A stretch of 63,986 bases of DNA, the filler included, from Cladosporium halotolerans (lineage: Eukaryota): assembly GCF_011745625.1 (NCBI RefSeq). It is 5 parts of 5 records of this genome, joined end to end, with 100 filler letters (N's around TTAATTAATTAA, not from the genome) between each part and the next. Parts side by side here need not be neighbours in the genome. Positions count along the whole stretch, not along the records: positions 13,490 to 26,818 come from NW_027191569.1; positions 26,919 to 40,036 come from NW_027191570.1; 3 more parts are not named here. One strand, 5' to 3'. Below, in pieces: positions 21,360 to 33,067 of the stretch (within the stretch, counting starts at the first letter, position 1; each line of letters opens with the position of its first letter). The notes under the pieces are model-generated. The model had not been told where the DNA came from. It made no database searches and saw nothing but the letters and a program-made list of their open reading frames with translations. Both the position numbers and the translations under genes were made by a program.

Positions 21360-22913
21360 TCACGTGACATCCGTCTCTTCCAGGAAGGCGCCGTCCTGAG
21401 TGAAGGCATCTTCCTCTTCGTCTCGCGCGGGCAGAGACGGCAACAGGATCGAAGGGTCTCGACAGTCGCGGCCCATTTCTTCGAACGATACCTCCTCGAG
21501 CCTCAACCGCACCGGAGGCTTCTTCCCACTCAAGGCGCCTTCTACCAGCGACCATGTCCGTTCGACCATCGTTGCGTCCGGGCGGTTGTGACGTCGTAGA
21601 ATGTTCAGCCAAACGTCAAACTGCGTGGCCGAGAGCGTCTGCTCCACCCAAGAATTCGTCACAGCGCTGCTAGGCAAGAGGGCAAAGATGCCAGGGCCAA
21701 ACTCGGCCCGCAGACGCGCCCACCGCTCTCCGTAATGCAGCTGGTGCTCGAAGCGCCTCGCCTGCCGCCGGTATTCCTCCCCTTTCGGGTCCAGGTCGGG
21801 GTGAGCTTCTTTGAGTCTGGCCTTCTTCACTTCGCCGAACTTCTTCTTCCAGCCGAGGTTGGGTTTGACGGTGGGTCGCAACAGTGCTTGGAAAGCTTCC
21901 CAGAAGTCAGCCAGCCTTCCCCGACGCACGACGGCGCGCACAAAGTCGTCGGCATCGTCGCAGAGCGCCCAGTACGCCGACACGTGTACGGCGACGATGG
22001 CCTCCTTGTCCTTCCCCTCAGGCACGCGCTCCGCCCACTCACCCCGGAGCGCCGTGGTCTTGCGTTCGACGTCGCCCTTCGTTTCGTACATCAGCCCATC
22101 CCGCCACTTGCGGCAGAGGCCAAGCAGGTCTTCCATGGCTCCAGGGCCGGCGACGGCGAAGACGGCGTCGAGGATCTTGTCAACCGCCACCGGAGAAGTT
22201 CGTGATGCTTTGCCCAGCCCCAGCTTGAGCATGGCTTCAGCTTCCGCCCGACCAGAGCGTGTGACGCCGGCTCCGATCTCCTCGACCACGGCAGGTGTCG
22301 ATGCCCTCTCGGAGGGCGGGCCAGAGGGGGTTGGCGAGATTGCTCGCTCGAGGGTGGAGACGACGTCTTCGGCGGCCAAGGGCGGGTCGGCATCGCTTCC
22401 CTCGACACTTGGCTCGACACCTTCGCCCTGGTCGTCTCCGGAGTCGTCGACGACCGTGGCTCTCGAACGTTTCCTCCGGCCAAGGTCCCCCTCTCCAAGC
22501 TCGGCCGCTTCCTGCCGCCGCTTGCGGTCCCTCTCGCGTTTGCGATTCTTGCTGGTGACGGCGAGAACGTAGCGTGGCAGCGCCGCAGTCCTCTCCGCCA
22601 CAGAGCGTTGCGACGCCGACACGAAGAGCGGGCCCGGCGTCTCGGTCAACTCGCGGTGTCGCCTTTCGTCGACGAATCCCTCCCCGTTGCAGGCAGCGCA
22701 GGAGTATCGCTCGCCGTTCGACCGTCGAGGCGAGGGTGTCTTCTGGAGCGAGGCCATGGCGTGGACAAAGGTGTCAAAGCACGAGTGGCGGGCGAGAGAG
22801 GTGGAAGTGGGCGCCATGCCACTGACGAGGCCGGCGGCGGGGCCATCACGCCGCTCGCACGAGACCTGCTGCCTTCGCGTGGCGGCGTGACGACGTGCAT
22901 TGCATCGTTCCAT
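21360..22913 (-). CDS. ORF0, uncharacterised protein carried at the 5' end of the LINE
   Basis: 517-aa open frame; CAAC motif, basic NLS-like stretch, helical domain YGERWARLRAEFGPGIFALLP; same strand and GC as ORF1/ORF2. Confidence 0.7.
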   Translation of the reverse strand: MERCNARRHAATRRQQVSCERRDGPAAGLVSGMAPTSTSLARHSCFDTFVHAMASLQKTPSPRRSNGERYSCAACNGEGFVDERRHRELTETPGPLFVSASQRSVAERTAALPRYVLAVTSKNRKRERDRKRRQEAAELGEGDLGRRKRSRATVVDDSGDDQGEGVEPSVEGSDADPPLAAEDVVSTLERAISPTPSGPPSERASTPAVVEEIGAGVTRSGRAEAEAMLKLGLGKASRTSPVAVDKILDAVFAVAGPGAMEDLLGLCRKWRDGLMYETKGDVERKTTALRGEWAERVPEGKDKEAIVAVHVSAYWALCDDADDFVRAVVRRGRLADFWEAFQALLRPTVKPNLGWKKKFGEVKKARLKEAHPDLDPKGEEYRRQARRFEHQLHYGERWARLRAEFGPGIFALLPSSAVTNSWVEQTLSATQFDVWLNILRRHNRPDATMVERTWSLVEGALSGKKPPVRLRLEEVSFEEMGRDCRDPSILLPSLPARDEEEDAFTQDGAFLEETDVT

Positions 22914-23009
22914 CGTTTCACCCCGTTGCTCGTTTGGCCGGATTGGGGATGTCGCGCAGGGCTCAACGCTGCGGACCGGCAGAGCTTAAACGGACGTCAG
23001 CTTAGGGTT

Positions 23010-23864
23010 TGAACCATAGCCGTCGAGCAATAGAAGCCGCCAGGTACCTCTTTGGCTCTGTTGAGAATGCTTCTCAAAGTGTGCGATCCATTCAAGCATG
23101 AGTTCGTCGTTCATATAGCCTGAATCGGCGACTCCTATAAGCGTTGCATCGTGAAGGGCTTGGAACCACGTGGATTGGTGCTGTTTCGCGGCGATTACGA
23201 GCATAGCTGGTATAGCTTCACCTGCAGCTGAGATGGCTTCAACCACTGTGAGGCTCTCACGGTTATTCGCAGTTGGTAGGAAGTGAGACTTCTCAGGATG
23301 CTCGGTAAGTATGTAATGGCTCTTCGAAGCGCCAATTCGAAAGCCTGTTTCATCCATGTTCCATATGTTTTCAGGTGTAATGCCATGGTCATGGATAACT
23401 ACCTTGAGCTTCTCATACCACCTCTCAATGTCGGCTAGGTCGTAGGCAGCCGCGCGAACAGCCTCAAGAGGTGCTTGCTTACGCTTCTTCCAAACCGGGT
23501 ATCGTTGAAGGAAGCGCGTGGTCCATGAGAGGCTGATCGTTGGTGGTAATGAGGCCTCTGAATGCGCACGCCGTAAGATCGAGTTTGCCGATATTGAGAT
23601 TGCGCGCGGCCGTGCATTCACTCCTAGAGCCTCACAACGCTTCAGCCACGTAACAAGTGCAGCCTCCTGATCGTTGTCAAGCTTCTTGTTTGTAGGCGCT
23701 CTTGTAGATCGTGAATCTACACCTCGAAGGCGTCTACCAAGGCGTTGGTAGGGAACATCGAACAACGTAGCCAAAAGGGTAATTCTCGGCGGTTCAGGCT
23801 GTTCAAATTGAAATTCAACAGCTTGATTAATCCGCTCTTCAATTTGTTGATACTCAGAAGCCAT
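23010..23864 (-). pseudogene. pogo/Fot1 (Tc1-mariner, DDE_1) transposase, truncated at LLLDGYGS
   Basis: psq/CENP-B HTH, IWNMDETGF, DSGYMNDE, RLLLLDGYGS, then AACCCTAA in place of the expected His codon; 13-bp direct repeats GATCGTTGAGCTG at 23918 and 23935 mark the likely TIR. Confidence 0.9.
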
Positions 23865-25205
23865 GGTGGGTGAATGGTATAGGTGAGAAGGCAGTGGATA
23901 CCTCAAAACACGACGTTGATCGTTGAGCTGAACCGATCGTTGAGCTGCACGGCACTCGCTCGCGAGTTCTGGCCGCGGGGAGCCTTGGCCGGCACGACTG
24001 CACGGATACCCTCTCCCCCTGAGCCCAGCTTAGAAAGGCCCTCTGAACGTGCCTGCCAGCTGAGAAGCTTTCCCTCACTTGCTGCAGATGAGCCTCTCGG
24101 ATTCCCAAAGGCACTATTAGGACCTGGAACCGCGCTATCAGTTCAGGACGATCCGACACTAGGCTTTCTAGCCCACGGCAGGTACGACTTTTGGAGAGGC
24201 GTGATGCCTTTCGGCTCTCAACAGACTCCTCCAGACGATTGCGCGCCCTGGGAACAGTTGGTATACTATAACTTGTCGACCTCATATCCTCCGTCAATCC
24301 CCCATGCCTGGCACCCGTCACAAGAACGTCAGCCGGCATTGTACGGCAACTTTCAAGAAGCCGGACATTCTAGTCTTATTTCCTCGAATGTTGGATACCA
24401 GTCACTGGCTGGGCAAGAAGTACAGCCGGTCGAAACAGCGACCTACGCCTCTCTCGATTTCCACCGTGCAACTACGCGGGGAGCAGTCAGCGGTCTTCAA
24501 CCGGCGCCTGGTAACACACTAGTGGAGTCCTTCGCAAGCTAAGATAGCCTTCTCTGCTTCTCCTCTTCCGCGCCAGCAGCGCCTCCAACCTCTGCAGCAT
24601 CTGGTACCCTCTCCTTGCCGAGTACCCGACTAAGAGGAGCGGACCCCCGCCAATCGCAGTAACTTTGAACGCCAACCTCACTGAAGAGTTTGGAATAAGT
24701 TACGTCTCATAGTGAGGTAGACGGAGCTCACCCCGAGGAAAAGGGGGGACACATTTTCCAAGACTAATGTCTGCTTGCACCGCTATAATAGGGCGGAAAG
24801 TATTCTGGTCAATATGGTGAGAATGGTCACTTACAAATGGTCGCTACCGAATGAACGTTGGCCCTTTGATCGACGGGAATGGATTCAAGTCCTCTCGCTC
24901 TACAAGTCCAGGTATCCAATCGAGTAAGATGAAAAAGCGCCGCGCGCTCTTATTGGCTGTTCACGATGATGATGATGAAGTTCATTCCGCCTGGCGCCAA
25001 GCATAAAGGGCAACTGACTGTCGCAGCCTAAGGAAATTGGGAGACCTCGGTCGAGAACTGCAGATCACGCTTGCCAAGACATTAGATAGGTCAGCCCGGT
25101 CAACCCGACCGTGGACTTTGACAGAAACAATCAACTCATGACTTTTGAGTATCACGCACTTTCACCTTCGACAGGTATAGCCGACAGCGGGACTTTAACT
25201 AAGGG

Positions 25206-25516
25206 GTAAGCGTATTAGGTAAGGAAGAGGGGTTCTAGCTAAGGCACTAGGTACGGTTCGTTGTAAATAGTGACTCCAATTGAATATTTAGGTTGCGAAC
25301 GAGGCTCCTATGAAAGAGTGTAAAGTACCTGTCCTATATACCAAGGAGACCGGTGAGCGCTCAATCCCAAGCTGAGCGTGAGCATCTCAGTCTTAACTGA
25401 GACTGAGCCGTCGCTGCTCAGTGGACCAGTCACGTGACTCTATGAGTCCTGACTGGCCCGCTTGTTGAGCCTATAGCAATGGCTTAGCGGGAGGGTCTTT
25501 GGGATTGCTCATCACA
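25206..25516 (-). mobile_element. Possible solo LTR relic
   Basis: Minus strand begins TGTGATG, has TATATA and an LTR-like length; other end not canonical. Confidence 0.25.
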
Positions 25517-25546
25517 CATTGACCCTGCTGAGCACTGGCACAGCGA

Positions 25547-25766
25547 TTTTTTTTATTTTTTTATTTTTTTTAATCATACTGTATGCAAGCTATTTAGCTT
25601 ATGACAGGCCTGGGCTAATTCCCAGACATTTCTTGGTCTTCTATCTGTGCTCTCGCGTTGGTGTCGTTCCTTCGATCCTGCTCGCCATCCCGCCTTACTC
25701 AAGGCGCCACGGCTTTTGGGCTCAGCGCGCTCCTACTGGTCTGTCTTGGTGGTCGCAACTGCTGAC
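25547..25766 (-). mobile_element. 3' end of a second (Tad-like) LINE with A-rich tail
   Basis: Minus strand ...CTGTCATAAGCTAAATAGCTTGCATACAG.. stem-loop followed by an (A7T)n tail; cut by the hAT at 25767. Confidence 0.4.
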
Positions 25767-26542
25767 CATAGTGTTTGAATCTTGAATCGCGATTCAATCA
25801 ATTCAGGTTTGAATTGATTGAATTGAATTTGAATTCGGTCCGTTTGAATTGATTGAATCGGAGTCAATTCAGCCGGTGCTTCTTCGGCAGAGGTATGTCC
25901 TCGAAAATTCGGCCTATACAGCATTCTGAGGTGAATACAACTAACCATGGCTGATCGACCTAGACGAAGCGGCCTCACACAGACATTTGCTGTTCCTGAC
26001 GAGGATGATATATATTATGATCCATCAATTGCACCGTTGGAAGATCCCTCGGGGCCTGCGGAAGAGACTGACACCTCCAGCCTTTACAATACCAACGAGA
26101 CAATTGCCGCCTTCTTTAACGGTTCGTACAGTCCAACCGTGGAAAGCCAGTCAACTACACCTCCTACGCCTACGCCAGGCCCAGTCATTCCTACTGTAGC
26201 TACTACGCCACAGTTTCTCAAGCGGAAGAGACAGAGCAGTACTCCGCATAGGGGCGCAGGGCAGAAAGACAAGGCGCTTTGGAAGCACTCGAGAGCACGA
26301 TTGCCCTATTAGATGCTCGGAGTTGTTAAAAGACTGGCTACACCGTGGAATCCCTCACGCACTGCCAACTAATTACGTTGATAGCGATCAAGACAGCGAC
26401 AACGAGCCATAGAACAGCATGTTTGTGTAGCAACACCTGAATCTTGAATTGAATTGAATTGAATCCGAATTCCTCTGATTCAGCCTGAATTGAATCCGAA
26501 TCCAGGCCTCTGAATTGAATAATTCAGGATTCATAATCTATG
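25767..26542 (+). mobile_element. Internally deleted non-autonomous hAT-like element
   Basis: Imperfect TIRs CATAGTGTTTGAATCTTGAAT / CATAGATTATGAATCCTGAAT; TGAAT subterminal arrays; transposase-like N-terminus 25947-26312; no TSD visible. Confidence 0.7.
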
Positions 26543-26818
26543 GTTACCGTTCACAATGAATAGTTGCTGACATCTCTTTTCGTGCTCGCAGAGGTAGCAG
26601 TAGTACACATCCTTCTGGTCCTTGAGACGTCGCAACAGCTCTCCATATCGCCACACTGGGGATGCTTTCTTACGTGTAGCTTTTTTGGTTTCGACTCGCA
26701 TTTGCAATTTGCAACATCGATCAGTGCTGTTATTGGTTCGGTTGGTGCTGGTTCTGTGGTCAAACCGACACCAACCGGCAACTCGACATGTAAGAACCAT
26801 TTGACCAGATGGTGAACC
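26543..26818 (-). pseudogene. hAT transposase fragment (BED zinc finger) interrupted by the preceding element
   Basis: SPVWRYGELL..VYYCYLCEHEK. Confidence 0.6.
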
Positions 26819-26918
26819 NNNNNNNNNNNNNNNNNNNNNNNNNNNNNNNNNNNNNNNNNNNNTTAATTAATTAANNNNNNNNNNNNNNNNNNNNNNNNNN
26901 NNNNNNNNNNNNNNNNNN
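26819..26918. other. Artificial contig linker
   Basis: N-TTAATTAATTAA-N. Confidence 0.97.
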
Positions 26919-27471
26919 AGTTGCGGTTGTTGAGAAATCACGTAGAGAAGAGGACGCGTTGGTGCCGCGTCAAGCGTGCCTGAGGTGTGGACGTGCTTGA
27001 GGTGGGGAAAGCTTCTATTTGAGCGCAATTTCTTTGAACACCGTAAACCTAGCCAGAATCAAGTTGCTCTAGAAGGCACAGTTGCTCCAACTCGCCGCAT
27101 ATAGATGTATCGCATCTGAGCGTCAGAATCCTAGGTTTATAAGGGTGTTCTAGGGGGCTAAGCGATTGTATCAATGCACGAGAACTGATCATTCCTATGG
27201 CTGTGTGCTCTCGCCGTCAATCAGCCGGCGTTTCGGCATAGTTGCCTTGACTGCAGCAGATGGGAAAAGTGTCAAGCACGAGTTGCAAATGTGTCACACA
27301 CGGTTTGTTTCGAGTCTATTCCACGCATCAGGAAGTGCCTATGTGCCTTTTCATCTCCCTCACGGAAGGACTCCTTAGTGTCACAGACGCTCACATTCTG
27401 AATTTCTTTTGGAAACCCCCCGAGCTTCACAGCCATCAGCAAACCTAACAGAAAACTTGCTTGCACCAGAG

Positions 27472-28026
27472 ATGTCCAACAAGACCGTACACCCAACTGT
27501 ATTGGATAGTTACTACGGCTCCACAATGCAATTGGCTGCTTCCAAGGGTGATTTGGCCCTAGTAAGAAGCCTAGTGGCTGAGGGAGCTGACGTGAACGCA
27601 AGAGGAGGCTATTTTGGAAATGCGCTACAAGCTGCGGCATTTCGCGGTCATCAAGAAGTGGTCCAAGAATTAGTACAACGTGGGGCGGATACAAAATCGC
27701 AAGATGGGCCGTATGGCAGCGCGCTGCAAGCTGCATGCCTGCGGGGCCATTTGTCAATCGCAAAGTTGTTGCTCCAACACGGCGCCGGTGTGAATGCACA
27801 GGGGGGGTATTACAACAGCGCATTGCAAGCCGCAGCGTTTGCCGGTCGGACAGACCTTGTAATATTGTTGCTTAGCCATGGAGCAGATCCCAATCTAGGA
27901 GGGGGAGACTATGGAAGCGCGCTGAATGTTGCCCAACTTCGAGGCTGGGAAGACATAGTCAAAATCCTCGCCAATGCCGCAGCTACAGCGGAAGAAAGAA
28001 GCACGCTTGCAAGGAGCTGCGGGTGA
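27472..28026 (+). CDS. Ankyrin-repeat protein (fungal YGSALQAA-type repeats)
   Basis: About 5 repeats G.ALQAAA..GH...V..LL..GADVN; ATG at 27472. Confidence 0.85.
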   Translation: MSNKTVHPTVLDSYYGSTMQLAASKGDLALVRSLVAEGADVNARGGYFGNALQAAAFRGHQEVVQELVQRGADTKSQDGPYGSALQAACLRGHLSIAKLLLQHGAGVNAQGGYYNSALQAAAFAGRTDLVILLLSHGADPNLGGGDYGSALNVAQLRGWEDIVKILANAAATAEERSTLARSCG

Positions 28027-28653
28027 CCCTTGATTCCAGGAAGCCACCGCAAGGTTCGCAAAATTCAGTGAAAGAGGGCTATGCTAGGCTCACCTCACTG
28101 ATCAAGGAGCTGAACAACGAATGTCAAGTAGCCATGTATTATTACGGTGTGAGAATATTTGCTAGGACCTGAGACTACAAAGCCAGGAAGCCAGATATGA
28201 GCTTGAACGACACTTTGAAGGAAACACTGGTGGTATCGAACCATGATATTCGAAACACAAACCTCGTCCTAAATGCAGTCAAACATAAGTCAGCCCCTGA
28301 AGCATAACAGTACGTGAAGACGACCATGCTTAAGAGCTAAATTAGGCACGCAACCACGAGCACAGCTCATAGCATCGCCCGATCTGGCTCCCCAACATGA
28401 GGCCTGCAGGAAGTCACCCCGTCGAGCAAGCCCCTCTGATGTCAAGAATGGGAGCAAAAGGCAGATAGCGCGAGGCGGGACTGGACCCTCCCGTCTTTAC
28501 GGCCCGCTTATAGTAAGCGGACGTCTCGAAGCTAAACGTGCCATCGACACTGGTGGAAAGCTCACAGTACCACCCGTGGCCTGAACTACCATCAAAGCCC
28601 GGCAAGGTCGGCTTCAGTGGCGACGTACGTGAGTTCCGTCAAGGAGCGTACAG

Positions 28654-30565
28654 CTACCACATCCGCGCTACTGGTACGTTTCCGGGCAAGGCTGCGTTGG
28701 GCCATCCAAGGCAGGTTGACAGTCATGAGCAACATTTCGACTTGCAGCATCTGGGGAATTGTGCTAGGCAGGTACTCTCGCCTTGCCGACGCGAGGTCCG
28801 CGCCGTATGATTTCCTTCCTCTTCGCCACTTGCTCTATTTTGTTCTCGGCTCTCACCATTTCTCTCCTGACCTTCGCTTTCTCTTTCTCAGCTTTCATCC
28901 TCTCCTTTTCGATCGCCTTCATCTCCTTCTCGGCCTGCTTCCGGTCTTTCTCTGCATGCTTCCTTTACTTGTCGGCTTCGGCACGCTCCCACATTTTTCT
29001 CGCTTCCACGATGTCCTCGAATGTCATAACTTTGTTGCCTATCTTTCTCTCATTTGCATGTTTTCGTGCTTTCTTCTCATTGTTCTGCTGCATTGGTGCA
29101 TCATTCTCGTCTTTGAGAAGCTCGCGTTCTGCGAAGGCCCGCTTTGCAGCATTGAGAATCTTCTGCAGATACGGGTCCACATGCGCAACATTTTCGGGCC
29201 TTTCTTGAAGCTTACTTTGGAGTGCCGCAAGACTAATAGTGTTGGTTGGTGTTTTCAGCGAAGCAGGAGACAGCGCAGGTTGTGTGGGTACAGTGGCTGC
29301 GATTTCTGCGGGGGCTGGATTGACGGGAGCTTGCTGCATACTATCAAAAACTTTTCGAGGGTTGAAAGGGAAAATTCCCGTCTTGGACCATCCAGATCTG
29401 ATGTTCCGAGAAGTCAGAGCGATATTGTGGGCTCGGCTGTATAGCAGCGTAAAATGGGCCTTGTTGACAGTCTCCGCCCCACCGCGATACATAAGATCAA
29501 CTTGCTCGCGATAGGCCATCTTCAGTGGCGAGAACACCCCGACATCGCACGGCTGTGTCAAATGGGTCGTGTGGGATGGCTGGCGACACAGCCACGATGT
29601 TTTTTTGGAAGCAAAATGTCATCACTCCCAGAGACTCATGGGTGTTGAATCCGTCGACGATTAAAATGCGAGGTTTGCCCGCAGCCCGGTCTTTGGTGGG
29701 GGGATTGAATACATTCTGCACCCAGTACAGGTTTATCTTAGAATTGATGTAACCCTTATCGCTGCATGCGTAATGCCAGTCTGGGGTATCGTGAGAGATC
29801 CACGTGTTTTGCAATGTCTTTCCCGGCCAGATGATCAGCGGAGGCAAAGCTCTCCCCTTTGCTGATATGCATTCTACTGCGGTGATCATTGTGCGACGCA
29901 ATCTAACGCCGCGACGGCTTTGCGCATCGCTGCGGGACACAAGCACTTTCATCGTGGTAAGATCGCTGAGCAACACGCCAATCTCATCCATGATGTACAC
30001 GTTCTCTTGCAAGACATCACGTTCGGAGAGCTCCTTGCTCATAACCTCAAACCATTGCTCAACCTTGCTGCGAATGTTTTTCTCGTGTCTCTGCCAATCG
30101 ATTGCTCTCACTTTTGCAGCTTTGAGTTCGGGGTGGCGCTTATGGAAAGCTTGTGGCCAGTCCTTCCCGGGTAGACGATAGTTGGACGAGGACCCTGCAG
30201 CGTACCGCTGGCGCAGGAGAATGCCCGCAAAGTATCGGAGGTGTTTCACGCGAGCAGGGTAGCCATTTCTGTGCAGCCGCAACAGGTATTCTACAAGGGC
30301 TTTCTCCTGCTGTGGTGTAAGTAATTGCTGTTGCTCAGCACGTTGGCGCCGCGTCTGGCGACCGTGCGACGCGGTGCCATCGAGTTGACACGGGAACATC
30401 ATTGGGAGGTTCAGAAAGACGGGTTTCTGCAGCGCACAGCATGTTTCTGAGAGCGCGAAGCGCAGGTGGTTGCTGCAGGAGACACTGAAAGCCACGGAAG
30501 GAAGTTGGGCTGCAGGAACGAGTTTCGCCCGCCTGGTGGTTCCAGAAGTCCCTGACAGACGCCAA
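28654..30565 (-). pseudogene. pogo/Fot1-family transposase, disrupted
   Basis: HTH, PGKDWPQAF, YIMDEIG, LIVDGFNTH, QPCDVGVFSPLK, C-terminal PVARMW* at 28654; frameshifts and a stop at 28965. Confidence 0.9.
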
Positions 30566-33067
30566 AAGCTGTGAGTCAGACCCCTATAACTCAAGGGCTG
30601 CTGGTCTCGTTGGTTTTGATCAGTCTGTTGTAATAGATCGAGCGGAGCGTCCCGCGACCGTTCGCCTCGCCCCGCACACCGTGTCCGAAGCGTCGCTTGA
30701 CTGTCCCATAGCTTTCTTCATAGAGACCTTAAAATCATGAGCTTGGTATAACGGTACAGAGACCGGCTTGTCTACCCCTGCATGTCCACCTTCAGTGGCC
30801 TCAATTCGCTCGAGATGTTGCTTGCCGATAGTGATGCATGTTGCGCGCCTTTAGGTATGATTTCAGCCATTATAGTCCCGTGCCTGAGTTGGTAGCCAGA
30901 CAGAGAATGAATGCACGAGAACAGGCATATGACGATGATGACTTCAGACGGCGCTTCTGAGCGCTACGTCGACCTAATTGTTACAAGTCTGAGTACCTTG
31001 ACTGGACTTGATTCCGTCTATCAGATAGAGACGCGCATAAAGGCAGAAAGTGGTGGGTTCGGCATGAGTGACCCTGCAATGCGTGCTTACTGGCATGAGC
31101 TTTTCCCCGCACCCGGCTTTTCGCTGGGGTAGGATGCACTTTACAGCTTGTATCTCGATCGCACTTGTAACGTTATGCAATTGTCTAGCCCTACATTGAC
31201 GCCCGGATTCAGGGTTTCCTGTTACGACGTGAGAGCTGACAGTCCAGACCACAGACCTGCATGAACGCTGCAAGCCGTCCTCTGTGTCGTCTCTTGGAAT
31301 ATGGCCTTGATTGGCTAGTCACAATGAGGCACTAGCGGAAGCAAGCAGCTGCCTATGAATCGCAGTTGCAAAACGCTTAGACGGTTAGGAGGCAACATAG
31401 GTCAGCAGCATGCGCTGGTTCTTCCAGCGCCAAAATCTCTGACAGGTGACCTTCTATGAGCTTCCGTACGATTTTGCTCCGCCTCCTGCGGAACGGTAAC
31501 AGCCCGCACTGGTATCAAAACCGCTGAGACACGGTCTCGTTGCGAACGGACATAAGGTAAGCCCGCCTTGCCGCACGGTGCCGACCGAGCGAATCAATGA
31601 AAGCAGAGGTCGCGGCATCGGAGCTTCTCCGCGTCTGGCCCTTGTCAGTGGACCCGAAGGCTGATCCTGCCGAAAAACCGGTCTGGCGCTTATCTGCATG
31701 CCGCAACCTTCGTCAACGGTCTCTAGCTGGATGCATTTGGATGGACGACGTTCTTCTCGTCGTAGCGCATCTAGCGCATCTACTTTCAACTCTGTTCAGA
31801 CCGCGTGTCGCCTTTGCGCAGGCTCGAAAGCAGAAGCGTCGAACGATGACGGCGACGAATTTTGGACGAAGGGACGGCTATCCGTGCGATCGGTGCCCAC
31901 ACACCTGGTCAGGCCGATAGGCAAAATGACAGGAGAAGAGCAAGAGATGGATTATCAATCAGTTGTGGCAAGGACAACAGATGCAGAGCGAAGACCAGAA
32001 AAAAATGTCCCGGCACAGGTGGATTCCCGGCACAGGTGGATGAACGTTATTCGTCAATCATCGATCTCGCGTGGTGCTACAATACAGTTTCGAGAAAGTG
32101 TGCTGAAGTGTGCTCGCCGTGAGCTGCACTGCATAGCGTGACTCCGCTGATGTCTAAGTTACGGTCGAACGTGTTTTCACGGTCATGACGTCACAAGCAC
32201 GATGCTCCATGGATCACCCCAACCCTAACCCTAACAACCCTCAACCCAAGAGAAGAGTCGACTTGGGAAGTGCTTCGGCGCAATCTGGCCACGACGACGA
32301 CGCTCAGACAATCAACGTTGCTTTCCTGATGATTCTATGGTCGCGACGATAATACCAGGTTTGTATGGGTATGTAGATGTGTGCAGTTCACCAATCGTGA
32401 CCGAAGCTGAGATAGGGGGACTTACTGGACAGCTGCGGCTGCAAAACGACTGCGCTCTTCGTCGGACAGCTGCACCACACACGTTCAGAAGATTGTCAAG
32501 ATTCAAGCAAAAGCCCACTCGTGTGGCAAGGCTGCGTGCGAAGCCCCCAGCTTGACAACCGGTCTATGGGGTGTAGCCCCGAACAATGACGGGCATACAT
32601 TCGGCCCCTCAGCATCATGGTGCGCTTTCGATAGTACGCTGCAGCAGCACTGCCTACAATAGCGCTCTACTGTAAACCGACGGAGTTTCCGATCTAGATT
32701 CGTGCGCCGCCGTGAGGTACAATACTGTACAACACGCGTTGCGCTGCGTTGCGCGCCATCGCACGCAATGTCGCCCTGGGGTCGCAGTCTCCAGGCTCAC
32801 GACCCCCTCGCAACCATGGGAAATTTACAAAAGGGGGTCGATTTAGAGTGAGAAATACCGCAGTGGCGGAGGGGTTCGACGCGGATCGAGGGACACCAGG
32901 TGTGTATCTGTCACTGTTGGCACGACGCCCTGGTTTATAATCTTCTGCTCTCTTCAGTGTTGCGGTATGTTCTTCCATTGAACAGCTGCTTGACGAGTAC
33001 ATACACATATTGAAATCTATATACTGCAATTGGTGACACGTGGAAATCAGGCTCGTGCGCCGCACTG

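Larger units (their letters stand above)
15378..23009 (-). mobile_element. Three-ORF non-LTR retrotransposon (APE-RT) bounded by telomere repeats; 3' end may extend to ~13862
   Basis: ORF0/ORF1/ORF2 co-oriented with uniform high GC; TTAGGGTT at 23002-23009 exactly where a pogo ORF is cut; telomeric repeats at 15378-15412. Confidence 0.7.

Noticed and set aside
19283..22572. Long antisense or overlapping ORFs across the LINE
   Set aside because: Shadow frames of GC-rich coding sequence with no motifs
22900..23001. HDV-like ribozyme at the LINE 5' end
   Set aside because: A GCCGG/CCGGC pairing exists, but I could not build the P1.1/P2/P3 nested pseudoknot
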